Shown here piece after piece: positions 1 to 11,942 of a DNA stretch of 64,000 nucleotides. The translations under genes and the position numbers were made by a program. The stretch is from assembly GCA_951406725.2 (NCBI GenBank), contig OX597819.1, positions 121,148,001-121,212,000 on the forward strand. The letters run 5' to 3'. Source of the DNA: Octopus vulgaris. Taxonomy: Eukaryota. How positions within the stretch are numbered: position 1 is the stretch's first letter; each line of letters opens with the position of its first letter. The notes beneath the pieces are model-generated. The model saw nothing but the letters and a program-made list of their open reading frames with translations. It was not told the DNA's origin and searched no databases.

Positions 1-121
1 ATCGTTGAAGCGTCGAACAAAATGCTAAGTGGCATTCCATCCTGGGTATTGCACTCCGAGTTCAAATTCTCTCGAAATCAGCTTTGCCTTCCATTCCTTC
101 AGTTCAATAAACTAAATACAG
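1..121 (+). mobile_element. Diverged fragment of tRNA-derived SINE family A
   Basis: AAATGCTAAG...GAGTTCAAATT...CTTTGCCTTCCATTCC matches the family A body seen at 44107-44500. Confidence 0.6.
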
Positions 122-136
122 CTCATGTGCTGTGGT

Positions 137-301
137 CTTCGTCTTCTTCTTCTCCTTCTTCTTCTTCTTCTTCTTCTTCTTCTTCTTCTTCTTCTTCTTC
201 TTCTTCTCCTTCTTCTTCCTCCTCCTCCTCCTCCTCTTCCTCTTCTTCTTTCTCTTCTTCTTCGTCTTCTTCTTCTTCTTCTTCTTCTTCTTCTTCTTCT
301 C

Positions 302-332
<31 letters not shown>

Positions 333-341
333 TTCTTCTTC
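137..341 (+). repeat. (TTC)n/(TCC)n microsatellite
   Basis: Direct reading; explains the poly-S/K/E/L/F ORFs. Confidence 0.97.
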
Positions 342-624
342 CAATAAGGACTCATGCCATTAGCCACAAAGAATAATCTCTAATTCGAGCCTACTCTAAG
401 CTACTAAGAATGCGTGTGGCAACTTGAAGGTCCACCCACCACACGCGATAGACAGGCGATTGCACGGGCTCGAAAGCTACGTAGTTATCCTCATTCCGTA
501 AACGGTGGCTTTTAACGGGTGGAGAGCTGAACCATCCTAGGGTACAGAGGGTTCGCAATCTAGACTAGGGTCTGAAAGTTTACCACACCATAGTGGGTTA
601 CACCATGGTTGCTCTGCTTTGTGG

Positions 625-822
625 CAGAGGTAGGAAGAAAGAGTGGGAGAAAATTGTGGTGAAAGTGTACAGCGGGGTTTACACCCACCCACCCCCGCCA
701 GAGTCCCGTGGAGCTTAGGTGTTTTTGCTCAATAAACACTCACAATGCCCGGTCTGGGAATCGAAACCGCGTTCTTACGACCGCGAGTCCGCTGCCCTAA
801 CCACTGGGTCATTGCGCCTCCA
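625..822 (-). mobile_element. tRNA-derived SINE family D (5' part)
   Basis: Minus strand TGGAGGCGCAATGACCCAGTGGTTAGGGCAGCGGACTCGCGG...GGTTTCGATTCCC (A and B boxes); homologous to 39705-40059. Confidence 0.8.
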
Positions 823-1432
823 TTGTGCTGTGGTCGATGTAATGCACTGGCTCTCTAGTTCGGCCCTGAGAAATTACTACTATTCTTACAATTTTAATAT
901 CATTAAGAAGCATACATGTATATATACATATAAGTAGATAGCAATTTAGACTACCTTGGAGAAATACGTTTCTAAAAAAGCATATAAAAACTAGACGGCT
1001 ATAAATTAAAAGTTGAGGCTGGTTCGAGTGTAGAACGGGACCAGATGTTTTGTCGCGAGAGAAAAAAGTTTAATTTAGACAATCTAGACAAACAAAGAGA
1101 CTGTTGATGAATACTAAAATGGTCAGTCTTCACCACTTTATCTCTTTGTTACTTCTAAGTGCTGATTTTTATTCTTTATTTTATTCATTAATCTGTTTAG
1201 AACTTTCTTCCTTATTTTCTGATCATTAAGATAGAATGTTAATTTATAGTCAAAAGCACCCCCACCTTTACTGTCTGTTTCTTTAATTTGTATTTTGATT
1301 ACAATTGTATTATGGCCGTCATTGTGTCCATAGGTCTAGATTGTAAACTTCTGAAAATAATACATCACTTTGGGTATACATTCTCATACTTCGTGAAAAG
1401 ATGGTAGGATCTAACGAAGGATTTATTTAAAC

Positions 1433-1538
1433 AAACACCTGAAGAGGCGCATTTTACGTCTTGGATGGATGATAATGATTACACAACTTAACAATGTATA
1501 ACGAGTGTAAAAATGTGTCAAAACAAGTGTAGCGATTT
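1433..1538 (+). ncRNA. Degenerate type I hammerhead ribozyme motif (Penelope-like remnant)
   Basis: CTGAAGA (1439-1445); stem II GGCGCATTTTAC/GTAAAAATGTGTC; AAAA instead of GAAA; stem III ACA-AG-TGT, GTA triplet; weak stem I. Confidence 0.4.
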
Positions 1539-1584
1539 TAAATAAAGACTATCGTTCATTCCAAGTTCTATCATTTATCTATAT

Positions 1585-1621
<37 letters not shown>

Positions 1622-1623
<2 letters not shown>

Positions 1624-1822
1624 GACGAGCTTCTTTGAGTTTACGTCTACCAAATCCACTCACTATAGTTGAAGACACTTGCCCAAGGTGCCACACAGCG
1701 GGCCTTTGCCATAAAGGCAGAAGCTGTAGTAGAAGGCACCTCCTCAACGTACCACGCAGTGGGACTGAACCCGGAACCATGTGGTTGACAAGCACGCTAC
1801 ATACCACACAGCCACTCCTGCG
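1622..1822 (-). mobile_element. SINE family B, 5' part (rearranged)
   Basis: Minus strand CGCAGGAGTGGCTGTGTGG...GGTTCAGTCCCACTGCG; CCTTGGGCAAGTGTCTTC CORE-like motif. Confidence 0.8.
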
Positions 1823-1892
1823 ACTATACAAATACATCTGTTTGTTTGTATACCACCTGCCTTCATCTTTTGTTTATTTTCGTAAACTTTCC

Positions 1893-1927
<35 letters not shown>

Positions 1928-2274
1928 CAATGAGTTTAAGGATATAGGACATGGAGACTTGTTCATCCTCAAAATTTATTTCCTCTTATTTTACACTTTT
2001 ATACAACATTTATTTATGGATTTTACGCATATTTTTATGGCCTTTACGGAATTACCCATTGAGCGAATTTACTGTGACTGACAGCTAATTGCAGTTATAG
2101 ACGTTAAATACTGATCCATGCGGTTAGCCGTAATCTGGAGCATAACTGAGAGCCACCACGGTATCCGCACAGATGATATATCTCACTTATGCCACACACA
2201 AACAGGCATACATATTTATATATATATATGTATCTTTCTATGTATGTATGCATGCATATGCACAGTATGCATAC

Positions 2275-2678
2275 TCTTTTACTTGTTTCAGTCATTTGAC
2301 TGTGGCCATGCTGCAGCACCACCTGTAGCCGAGCAAATCGACCGCAACACTTATTCTTTGTAAGCCTAGTACTTATTCTATCGGTCTCTTTTGCCGAACC
2401 GCTACGTTACGGGGGCGTAAACACACCAGCATCGGATGTCAGGCGATGTTGGGGGGGGGACAAACACAGACACACAAATATACACACATACACACACACA
2501 TATATATACATATATATGACAGGTTTCTTTCAGTTTCAGTCTACCAAATCCATTCACAAGGATTTGGTCGGCCCGAGGCTGTAGTAGAAGACACTTGCTC
2601 AAGGTGCCACTCAGAGGGACTGAACCCGGAACCATGTGGTTGGTAAGCAAGCTACTTACCACACAGCCACTCCTGCGC
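2275..2678 (-). mobile_element. SINE family B, full length
   Basis: tRNA-like head, CORE-like CTTGAGCAAGTGTCTT, internal (TA)/(TG) tract, 3' tail CAGCATGGCCACAGTCAAATGACTGAAACAAGTAAAAG. Confidence 0.9.
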
Positions 2679-2833
2679 TTATGGATTATTTGGTAGATGC
2701 AAATATGCAGCTTGTCGTGTGGGATGCATGCACACACGCCGGAGTATGTGCATGTCATATGAACCTGCTGTCAGCACCACCACTACCAACATCAACAAAT
2801 GAGTCCAAAACTCCTATTCTAAACCTGATACTA

Positions 2834-3432
2834 TTTTCAGGTTTTGGCACAAGGCTAAGAATTTCGGGGTGAAGAATAAGTCGATTAAATCAACCCCACT
2901 GTTTAACTCGTACTTATTTTATCGATCCCGAAAGGAGGAGAGGCAAAGTTATCCGCTGCAGAGTATGACCTCAGAACGTACAGACGGACGAAACACCGCA
3001 AAGTCTTTTGCCCGGCGTGCTAACGTTTCTTATTTCTTTATTGCCCACAAGGGGCTAAACATAGAGGGGACAAACAAGGGCAGACAAAGGAATTAAGTTG
3101 ATTACATCAACCCCAGTGCATAACTGGTACTTAAATTATCGACCCCGAAAGGATGAAAGGCGAAGTGGACCTCGGCAGAATTTTAACTCAGATCGTAACG
3201 GCAGACAAAATACCTATTTCTTTACTGCCCACAAGGGGCTACACATAGAGGGAACAAACAAGGACAGACAAACTGATTAAGTCGGTTACATCGACCCCAG
3301 TGCGTAACTGGTACTTAATTTATCCTTCCCGAAACGATGAAAGGCAAGGTCAACCTCGGCGTAATTTGAACTCAGATCGTAACGGCAGACGAAATTCCGC
3401 TAAGCATCTTGCCCGGCGTGCTAACGTTTCTC
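2834..3432 (-). mobile_element. SINE family A multimer (3 body units)
   Basis: Repeated CCCGAAAGGATGAAAGGCAAAGTCGACCTCGGC-like blocks with CCCACAAGGGGCT tails. Confidence 0.85.
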
Positions 3433-3469
3433 TTAACCTGCCTCCGTATCTGCAATTAATATTAACCTT

Positions 3470-3880
3470 GCTGTGAGCTGGCAGAATCGTTAGTTCGTCG
3501 GACAAAATGCTTAGCAGCATTTCATCCGTCTTTACGTTCTGAGTTCTAAGTGTAATGAGATCGACTTTGCCTTTCAACGTTTGTGGTTGATGTAATCAAC
3601 TTACCTCTTCCCCAAAGTTGCTGGCTTTGTGCAAAAATTTGAAACCAATATTAACCTTACCAAAATCGACGTGTTGGAAGAATCGTTAGCACGCCAGGCG
3701 AAATGCTTAGCGGCAATTTGTCCGTCTTTACTTTCTGAGTTCAAATTCCGCCGGACTTGACTTTGCCTTTTATTTTTTCGAGGTCGATGAAATAAGTACC
3801 AGCTAAATACTGGGGTTAATTTAGTCGACTTACTCCTTCTATCAAACCTGCTGGCCATATACCAAAATTTGAAAGCAATG
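3470..3880 (+). mobile_element. Two diverged SINE family A copies in tandem
   Basis: GAGCTGGCAGAATCGTTAG...AAATGCTTAGC...CTGAGTTC...GACTTTGCCTTT present twice. Confidence 0.75.
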
Positions 3881-3895
3881 GACTCCGCCGGTCCA

Positions 3896-4519
3896 GGGCT
3901 GGCGGAGTTCCTTAGGAACCTAGAAAATTTTAAAAGTTACGCAACTTTTACATTTTTTATCTAACTGATTATATATCTCATGACTTTTATTGTCAATAGT
4001 TTATGTATGCACATACAAATTTTCGGTTAAAAATTTCCATTCATATGGATATTACAGCATAAAATATGATCATTGGGGTCCAACTGAACCCCATTGGCCT
4101 TCTGTGAAATTATATTTTTCTGTTCTCTTTTCAGATATTCTGATGAACTATAAATCAATATTTTCGTATTTGTACTGGTATGAATCGATATACTAAATAA
4201 TTTTGTTTTATTCTATATTAAGTGCTATTTGTATAGTTTATAAAACTATAGAAAATGTTGATTTCTTTCAATAAAGGTTTTTTTCAGTCAATAAATTATA
4301 TTTTAATTCCCCTCCACTAAACGCTAATAATTACAAATATATACCTATAAAGTGTTAAATTTTTTCTTCTGTTTCACACACCCACACACATATCTATACA
4401 AGATTAAACAAATATTACTTTATAGATAGTGCGGAAATGCACAAAAATAAAAAGGGCTTCCCTCAGGAACCCAATGGCTTTTTGTGTAATCCCAACCCCG
4501 CCGGCCCACGAAGGATTAA
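3896..4519. mobile_element. Possible piggyBac-like non-autonomous element remnant
   Basis: Imperfect inverted repeats GGGCTGGCGGAGTT (3896) and AACCCCGCCGGCCC (~4494); right end ...GAAGGATTAA; internal GGGGTCCAACTGAACCCC; no left TTAA found. Confidence 0.35.
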
Positions 4520-5110
4520 TTGCAGTTAGATTTTTATGTTTATATAATCAGAGTGATATTTTCCGTTTGTCAATGGTTTAGTCTCTTTTCTGTATTGAAC
4601 CATCAAGTTTAGTTAGCAAAACGCTAAGAATATGAGCTGTAAACATATGAAAGAGGAAATGAGAGAGAGAGAGAGAGGAGGAGGAGGAGGAGGTGGTGTT
4701 ACTATCTGTTTGACTGATTAGATCTACAGATATATGTAAGACACTTCACAGACAGGACACTGTTGGCAGCAAGATACGACTGATAACAATCAACACGTTG
4801 TTTATTACAGAAACAGGAAGTTAGCAAAGAGGAAATTCCAGGACAAGGATTGTTTCTGGTCTGTAAATCAACAACATGTATTGAAGCAATCACAAACAAT
4901 CACACACACACACACACACACATGCATGAGTACGTATGTGTTTACATAAGTATAAATAGATTTTGAAAAACTCGGAACGAAACGGAATCAACGGACTTAG
5001 TAATCACAAATGTCAGGATTGAATAAACTTTAGGCCATTTTCCTTACCAAGTATTGAGTACTTTTTGGTTGAATTCACCTAAATATGTGTAAATAATCTT
5101 TGTATACTTA

Positions 5111-5706
5111 GGTGTAGGCATGGCAGAGTGCTTAAGAATGTTGCTTTACAACAACCACATGGTTTCGGGTTCAGCCCCACCGTGAGGAAATTCAGGCAAG
5201 CATTTTCTGATATAGCTGAGGAGCAACCAATGCCTTGAGAGTGATTTTGATAAAGGAAAACTGTGTGGAGGCTCGACGTATTTATGTGTGTGTGTGTGTG
5301 TGTGTTACAATTTGAAAAAGCCTTGTGAATGGATTTGGTAGACGGAAACAGAAAGAAGCCCATTGTATATATGTGTGTGCGTGCGTGCGTGTGCGTGTGT
5401 GTGTGCGTGCATGCGTGCGCGTCACGATTTGAAAAAGTCTTGTAAATTGATTTGGTAGACGGAAATGTATATAATGAATATGTGTGTGTGTGTGTGTGTA
5501 TGTGTGTGTACTTTTCCCCCCAACATCGCTTGACAACCGATGCTGGTGCGTTTACGGCCCCGTGACTTGAATATTAGACAAAATCGACCGATAGAATAAG
5601 TTCTAGGCTTACAAAGAATAAGTCTTGGATTCGACTTGCTCGACTAAAGGCGGTGCTCCAGCATGGCCGCAGTGAGATCACTGAAACAAGTAAAAGAATA
5701 AAAGAA
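5111..5706 (+). mobile_element. SINE family B with internal tandem duplications
   Basis: Diverged head, repeated GATTTGGTAGACGGAAA blocks, typical tail. Confidence 0.8.
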
Positions 5707-5982
5707 TATATGCGTGCGTATACGTGTGTGCGTGTATGTATGCAGAAGCACGTGTGCGTGTGTTTGTGTGAGTGTGTGTATGTGTGTATGTCTGTGTGTG
5801 TGTGGAGGGAGAAGAAAGGAAAAAGAGGAAAGGGGGGAGGAAAAAAAGAAAGACAGTCAAGTAAGAGGAAAAGACAAAAGAAAGCTGAAAGAAATAAAGT
5901 CAGAGAGAAAGAAAGAAACAAGGAGAGAAAGGGGGTCACTTTTCTTTCTTTCTTTTTCACTGTAAATTTTTTTTTTTTGTAC

Positions 5983-6103
5983 GTGTTTCAGTCATTTGAC
6001 TGCGGCCATGCTGGAGCACCGCCTTTAGTCGAGCAAATCGACCCCGGGACTTATTCTTTGTAAGGCCAGTACTTATTCTATCGATCTCTTTTGCCGAACC
6101 GCT
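5983..6103 (-). mobile_element. SINE family B 3' tail fragment
   Basis: TGTTTCAGTCATTTGACTGCGGCCATGCTGGAGCACCGCC. Confidence 0.8.
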
Positions 6104-6436
6104 ATGGCTTTTATTGTATTTTTATGGTCAGTTGTTTTACAGGTGCTTGATCTTCATGACATTTCAAGATGTTATTTTTGTATTTTAAAATCAGAGGAGG
6201 AAAGACAAGGAAGAAGAACAAGAAAGAAAATGAGGAAAGAAAAAAACAAAGAAACAAAAAAAAAAGAGTGAAAGAGAGGAAAGAGAAAGAAGGAATAAGA
6301 CAAATGGACGCCTTTTTCAATTCTATTGAATTCATTTGGTCAGCTTACTAATATATAATCCAAGACGCCAAGTTTTAGTCATTGATTATAAAAGAACCTC
6401 TCTCTCTCTCTCTCTCTCTATCATTATATAGATATC

Positions 6437-7035
6437 TATTTCTTTACTACCCACAAGGGGTTAAACACAGAGAGGACAAACAAGGACAGACGAACGGATT
6501 AAGTCGAATATATCAACCTCAGTGCGTAACTGGTACTTATTTAATCGACCCCGTAAGGATAAAAGGCAAAGTCGACCTCGGCGGGATTTGAACTCAGAAC
6601 GTAGCGGCAGACGAAATAGCTATTTCTTTATTACCCACAAGGGACTAAACACAGAGGGGACAAACAAGGACAGACAAAGGGATTAAGTCGATTAGAACGA
6701 CCCCAGTGTGAAACTGGTACTTTATTTATCGACCCCGAAAGGATGAAAGGCAAAGTCGACCTCGGCGGAACTTGAACTCAGAACGTAGCGGTAGACGAAA
6801 TACCTATTTCTTTATTACCCACAAGGAACTAAACATAGAGGGGACAAATAAGGACAGACAAAGGGATTAAGTCGATTACAACGACCCCAGTGTGAAACTG
6901 GTACTTTATTTATCGACCCCGAAAGGATGAAAGGCAAAGTCGACCTCGGCGGAACTTGAACTCAGAACGTAGCGGCAGACGAAATACCGTTAAGCATTTC
7001 GACCAGTGTGCTAACGTTTCTGCCAGCTCGCCGCC
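6437..7035 (-). mobile_element. SINE family A: one head plus three 184-bp body units
   Basis: Units begin at 6437, 6621 and 6805 (TATTTCTTTA); head GGCGGCGAGCTGGCAGAAACGTTAGC at the right end. Confidence 0.92.
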
Positions 7036-7096
7036 GTTCTCTCTTATTATATGCATATTAAGTATATAGATATCAAGTAATTATACATATACATAC

Positions 7097-7380
7097 GTGG
7101 AGGAGTGGCTGTGTGGGTAAGAAGCTTGGTTCCCATCCTTATTGTTCCGGGTTCAGTCACACTACGTGGCACTTTGGGCAAGTGACTTCTACTATGGACT
7201 CACGCCGACCAAAGCCTTATGAGTGGATTTGATTGACTGAAAGAAGCCTATCGTGTCTATACTAGCGGTTCGGCCTAAGAGACCGAAAGAATAAGTCCTG
7301 GAGTCAAATTATTCGACTAAAGGTGGTGCTCCATCATGGTCATAATCAAAATAACAGAAAACAAATTAAAGTATAAAAGA
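7097..7380 (+). mobile_element. SINE family B, internally deleted
   Basis: GGAGTGGCTGTGTGG...GGGTTCAGTC...TTGGGCAAGTG; tail GGTGGTGCTCCATCATGG. Confidence 0.8.
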
Positions 7381-7382
7381 AT

Positions 7383-7414
<32 letters not shown>

Positions 7415-7460
7415 ACATACTCACAGTGTCACACATGTGCATTATATGTATATAGATATA

Positions 7461-7892
7461 AGTCGGTGAGCTGGCAGAAACGTTAGCACGCCGGGCGAAA
7501 TGCTTACCGGGATTTCGTCTGTCTTTACGTCCTTAGTTCAAATCCCGCCGAGGTCGACTTTGCTTTTCATCCTTTCGGGGTCGATAAATTAAGTACCTGT
7601 TGCACATTGGGGTCAATGTAATCGACTTAATCCCTTTGTCTGTCCTTCTTTGTCCCCTCTATGTTTAGCCACTTGTGGGCAGTAAAGAAATAAGAATCCT
7701 TAGCACGCCGGGCGAAATGGTTAGCAGTGTTTCGTCTGTTTTTACGTTCTTAGTTCAAATTCCGGTGAGGTCGACTTTGCCTTTCATCCTTTCGGGGGCG
7801 ATAAATTAAGTACCTGTTGCATATTGGAGTCGATCTAATCGACTGGGACCCCTCCACCAAAATTTCAGGCCTTGCACCTAGAGCAGAAAAGA
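7461..7892 (+). mobile_element. SINE family A dimer
   Basis: Two bodies; the first ends in the TTGTGGGCAGTAAAGAAAT tail, the second in the AAATTTCAGGCCTTG tail. Confidence 0.88.
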
Positions 7893-7932
7893 ATATATGT
7901 ATTATATGTGCGTGTGTGTATGTGTGTGTGAG

Positions 7933-7996
<64 letters not shown>

Positions 7997-8029
7997 TACA
8001 CATAATATATACATATATATGTATAAACT

Positions 8030-8782
8030 TAGATAAACTTAGATATGTTTCGACCAAAGATTGGTCCAGGCCATGTCTACCTTAATAGCACCACCTGATA
8101 GGATTATTCGAATTCTGTTTAAGTCAAGTTTTGTTCAAGCAGTGAGTTCTTGTTGGGTGAGTTGTATCCAGTTTTATTCAAGTAGTGAGTTCTTGTTGGG
8201 TGAGTTGTATCCAATTATGGGTGGCTTATCTGGTATTCTTTGAAGGAATCTATCCAGACTCTGTTTAAAGTTGATGGGATCCTTTTCCACTTTGATCTCC
8301 CTCGGGACAATGTTAAATAGGGCAGGGCCTATTGAGGAAAAGAAATTATGTTGCAGTGTACATGTATGTTGTGATCTTGAATTGGGCAGGGGACGTATAG
8401 CCCGTGGTCCAAGTCTTGGGCAAAGTTGGCGGTATATTTTCCACACTGTACAAATGATGTACCGCTTACGGCGACGCTGGAGGGAGTAAAGTTTCAAGGC
8501 TTTAAGGCGATCCCAATAATCGAGAGCATAATCAATTTGTTTAGTGAGAGCCCTCTGGGGTGACTCAATTCTGGAGATGTTTTGTCTTGTGTGAGGAGAC
8601 CACAGTGGGCAGCAGTATTCAAGGTGTGGCCGTACAAAGGAGGAAAAAAGTGGTATGATGACACCTTGTTCTCTGGACCGGAAAGTTCTTAAGATCAGGA
8701 ACTCATCCTACGAGCTATATCGAGCTTCTTGTTGATGTGTGCACTCCAACTGAGATCGTCATCAACAATTACACCCAGGTAT
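8030..8782 (-). mobile_element. CR1-like LINE 3' fragment (RT C-terminus, disrupted)
   Basis: YLGVIVDDDLSWSAHI, RPHLEYCCPLWSP, LYSLQRRRKRY, FKQSLDRFL motifs; in-frame stop. Confidence 0.85.
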
Positions 8783-8895
8783 ATATATATATGTATGTAT
8801 GTATGTATACATGTATGTATGTATACACATATATATATACGTATGTGTGTGTGTATATGTGTGTGCATCTGTGTGTATGTATTTATTAATATACA

Positions 8896-8928
<33 letters not shown>

Positions 8929-9899
8929 AGCAGAAAGATAAATATACAACTTTTGACACATTCATCTTCGGAGATCATGTATATAGTCTATGCGATTCAC
9001 CAGAACATTCAGAATGTTCGTATTACTAATTAATTATTTAATTAATTAATTAATTTCAGAATGGATTATACTGGTAGCGTCACAATACACACATACGTGT
9101 ACATACATATACATGTATATATATGCGTGTTTGTATGTATGAATGTATATGTATATGTATATATAAATATATATATATGTGTATATATATATAAATATCT
9201 ATCTATCTATATATATATATATATATACATACATATATAAGTGTGCATGTGAGATTGTGAATGTATGTGTGTGTATATATATGTATGTATATATGAGTGT
9301 TTATATGTATATATAGTATCTATAGGATACACAGTTTCGGTTATCTCATCCTTAAATCCTTTATTTTAACTAATGACTTAAATACTAAGAACAATTGTGT
9401 TTTTAACAAATATTTACACAACGATGAATGGTTTACCAGATTAAGTGGAAGAAAAGAAAACGACTTTATCGAAGTTTTTGGATTATGTCCATTATTGATG
9501 AAAATAGTTTAGAGAGAGCATTGTAAAAATCGGCAAAATCTCTTAAATCCTTATTCATTGAATACAAAGGAAGATAATCTGTTTTTGTCGTGTTTTCCTT
9601 TTCTTAAACCCCCGTCTGTTTGTCTGAGATGGAGCTGTTACAATGAATGATAAGCGTCGTTATGTTACCGAAGACTGCGTTTTCGGTTTCGTTTGTGCTA
9701 CAGTAATTTGTGTCGAATAGGGGTAGAAATAACTTTATTAGAATGTGTGACATTACTGCTGCAAGCATCCAACTTTTTAAGTCTCAAAAAATTAGACAAA
9801 AATTTTAATTCCCAGACAAGCAAATTTCGATAACAAAAATTCAATAAATTTGAAGTTATCTGACAATAACTGCAAATGGGTAAACTAGCTAATATCTGG

Positions 9900-10200
9900 T
9901 GGGAGCACTTGGCCTAGTGGTTAGAACAGCGGACTTGTGGTCGAGGGATCGCGGGTTCGAATCTCAGACCGGGCGCTGTGTGTGTTTATAAGCGAAACAC
10001 CTAAGCTCCACGCAGCTCCGGCAGAAGGTAATGACAAACTTCAACTGATTCTTTCGCCACAACTTTCTCTCACTCTTTCCTTTTGCATCTTGCGGCTCAC
10101 CTGCGACGGACCGGCGTCCCGTCCAGGTGGGGAACCTATACGCCAAGGAAACCGGCAAACCGACCCTTATGAGCCAGACGTGGCTCGAGAGGGAACAAAA
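9900..10200 (+). mobile_element. tRNA-derived SINE family C
   Basis: TGGCCTAGTGGTTAG A box, GGTTCGAATCT B box, tail CTCGAGAGGGAACAAAACAA. Confidence 0.88.
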
Positions 10201-10316
10201 CAAAAGAAAAAAAAGCTAAAATTCGACAGATTAGGAGTTCAGATTTTAAATCGAAGACAAAGGAAGAGAATATCTAATTTCTTCTTTGCTCATTACACGC
10301 ACACACACACATGTAT

Positions 10317-10374
<58 letters not shown>

Positions 10375-10393
10375 GCATATGTATGTATGTATG

Positions 10394-10448
<55 letters not shown>

Positions 10449-10829
10449 GAATGTATATCTAATTTTTTCTTTACTCATTACTTATATAATTTTTCCTTAT
10501 ACCAAATATATACATGCGTATGCATATTTATAATAATTATAAAATATATTACAATATAACAATCTTTTCTTTATTCAATACAAAGATATTATGTAAAATT
10601 TTGCTAATTACTAATTACAAAGTAGTGAAAATTTCTAGTCATTTGTAATCATGAACAGCGCCAAGCTCATATTTAAATTTATAAATACTAAGTCCTATCA
10701 TGTCTGAAAAGCTTCCTTACCTGCATTCCATATATTAACAGTATATACAAACAATAAATACATATATTAATAATACAAACAAACAGAATCAGAATCTACG
10801 TAACAAAGGCTTCTCTTATATTCGGAATT

Positions 10830-11092
10830 TTTTATTCTTTTATTCTTTCACTGGTTTCAGCCATATAGCTGCGATCATGCTGGAGCACCAGCGTGGTCGT
10901 TTTGATTTCCTCAGTCTGGGGTGTTTCACATCACCATTCCTGCATGTGCCTTTGTCCCAGCTGTTGGCCCATTTGGTGTATAATGTAGTTTGACTCCGCT
11001 GCCCTCGTCTGCCCCTCATGTCAAGCTGTTTGGTCATCCAGTATTGTGAAGAGGAAGATGTCTAGTTCCTTTTTGAAGACATCTACTTCCAC
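10830..11092 (-). mobile_element. CR1-like LINE 3' end (part downstream of the insertion)
   Basis: VDVFKKELDIFL; 3' tail GGTGCTCCAGCATGATCGCAGCTATATGGCTGAAACC. Confidence 0.75.
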
Positions 11093-11578
11093 AGTTCTAT
11101 ATGTAAGAGATGAGGAAGTATGTACGTTATTTACATTATTTACATTTGACAAATATTTGTCCTCACCTTGTTTGTTGTTAATACAACGTTTCGGCTGATA
11201 TACACTCCAGCCGTCTTCAAGTGTCTTGGGGAAATTTCGAACCGGGGTTCTCATTCCTAAGGTATTTTTCGATGTTATTATTATTATTATTGTTATTGTT
11301 CAGGTCACTGCATGGAATCGAACTCGGAATCTTGGGGTTAGTAGCCCGCGCTCTTAATCACTACGCCATATGCCAGTAGGCATATGACATAGTGACCTGA
11401 ACAATATGAATAATAGTAATAATGATAATAATGTCCCAAAATACCTTAGGAATGAGAACCCAGGTTCGAAATTCCCCCAGGACACCTGAAGAAGGCTGGA
11501 GGGTATACCAGCCAAAACGTTGTGTTAACAACAAACAAGATGAGGACAAATATCCATCGAATGTAAATAATGTAAATA
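11093..11578. mobile_element. Palindromic non-autonomous element with a tRNA-like head and a hammerhead motif in each arm
   Basis: Inverted arms ~11128-11310 and ~11391-11578; tRNA-like A/B boxes at 11310-11374 (minus); hammerhead motifs at 11180-11225 (minus) and 11481-11526 (plus); flanked by ATCTACTTCCAC / ATCTACTCCCAC. Confidence 0.8.
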
Positions 11579-11860
11579 ATCTACTCCCACGTTATGCAAA
11601 TTTCTTAATTTTTGTGGCAAGGCGTTGAAGATCTGTAGGCCTTTGAACCTTAGACTATTACAGTACCTGGTCCTGAACTGAGACGGGGTGAATGATACCT
11701 TTGGTACAATACAATAGCAGCCAGTTCTGGCATTTGTATAACACTAAATGTTGAAATTAGGTGCTAATCCTTCTAGGATTATTCATATTGCATATCTCTC
11801 ACGCCTTCGCTCCAAAGAATAAAGTTGCAGTGTTAACAGCCTATCTTCCTAGCTTATCCA
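11579..11860 (-). mobile_element. CR1-like LINE fragment (part upstream of the insertion)
   Basis: LQLYSLERRRERYAI...FNALPQKLRNLHNVGVD, continuing into the 10830-11092 piece. Confidence 0.8.
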
Positions 11861-11942
11861 CTACACTGTTCCAACCGTTTTAGTGTAGGTGCGTTGGACT
11901 GCTTCAAGTTTCGATGGTACGTTTGGCACTATGTAATGACAA

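Noticed and set aside
22-376. Poly-S/K/E/L/F ORFs, and similar homopolymer or dipeptide ORFs throughout the window
   Set aside because: Translations of microsatellites that are open in many frames; no coding signal
400-490. GAAAGCTACGTAGTTA palindromic stem III-like motif
   Set aside because: No matching CUGANGA with paired stems I/II upstream
6437-7035. Regular repeats suggestive of a CRISPR array or tandem ribozymes
   Set aside because: Whole 184-bp units repeat with no unique spacers; no CUGANGA core found on either strand
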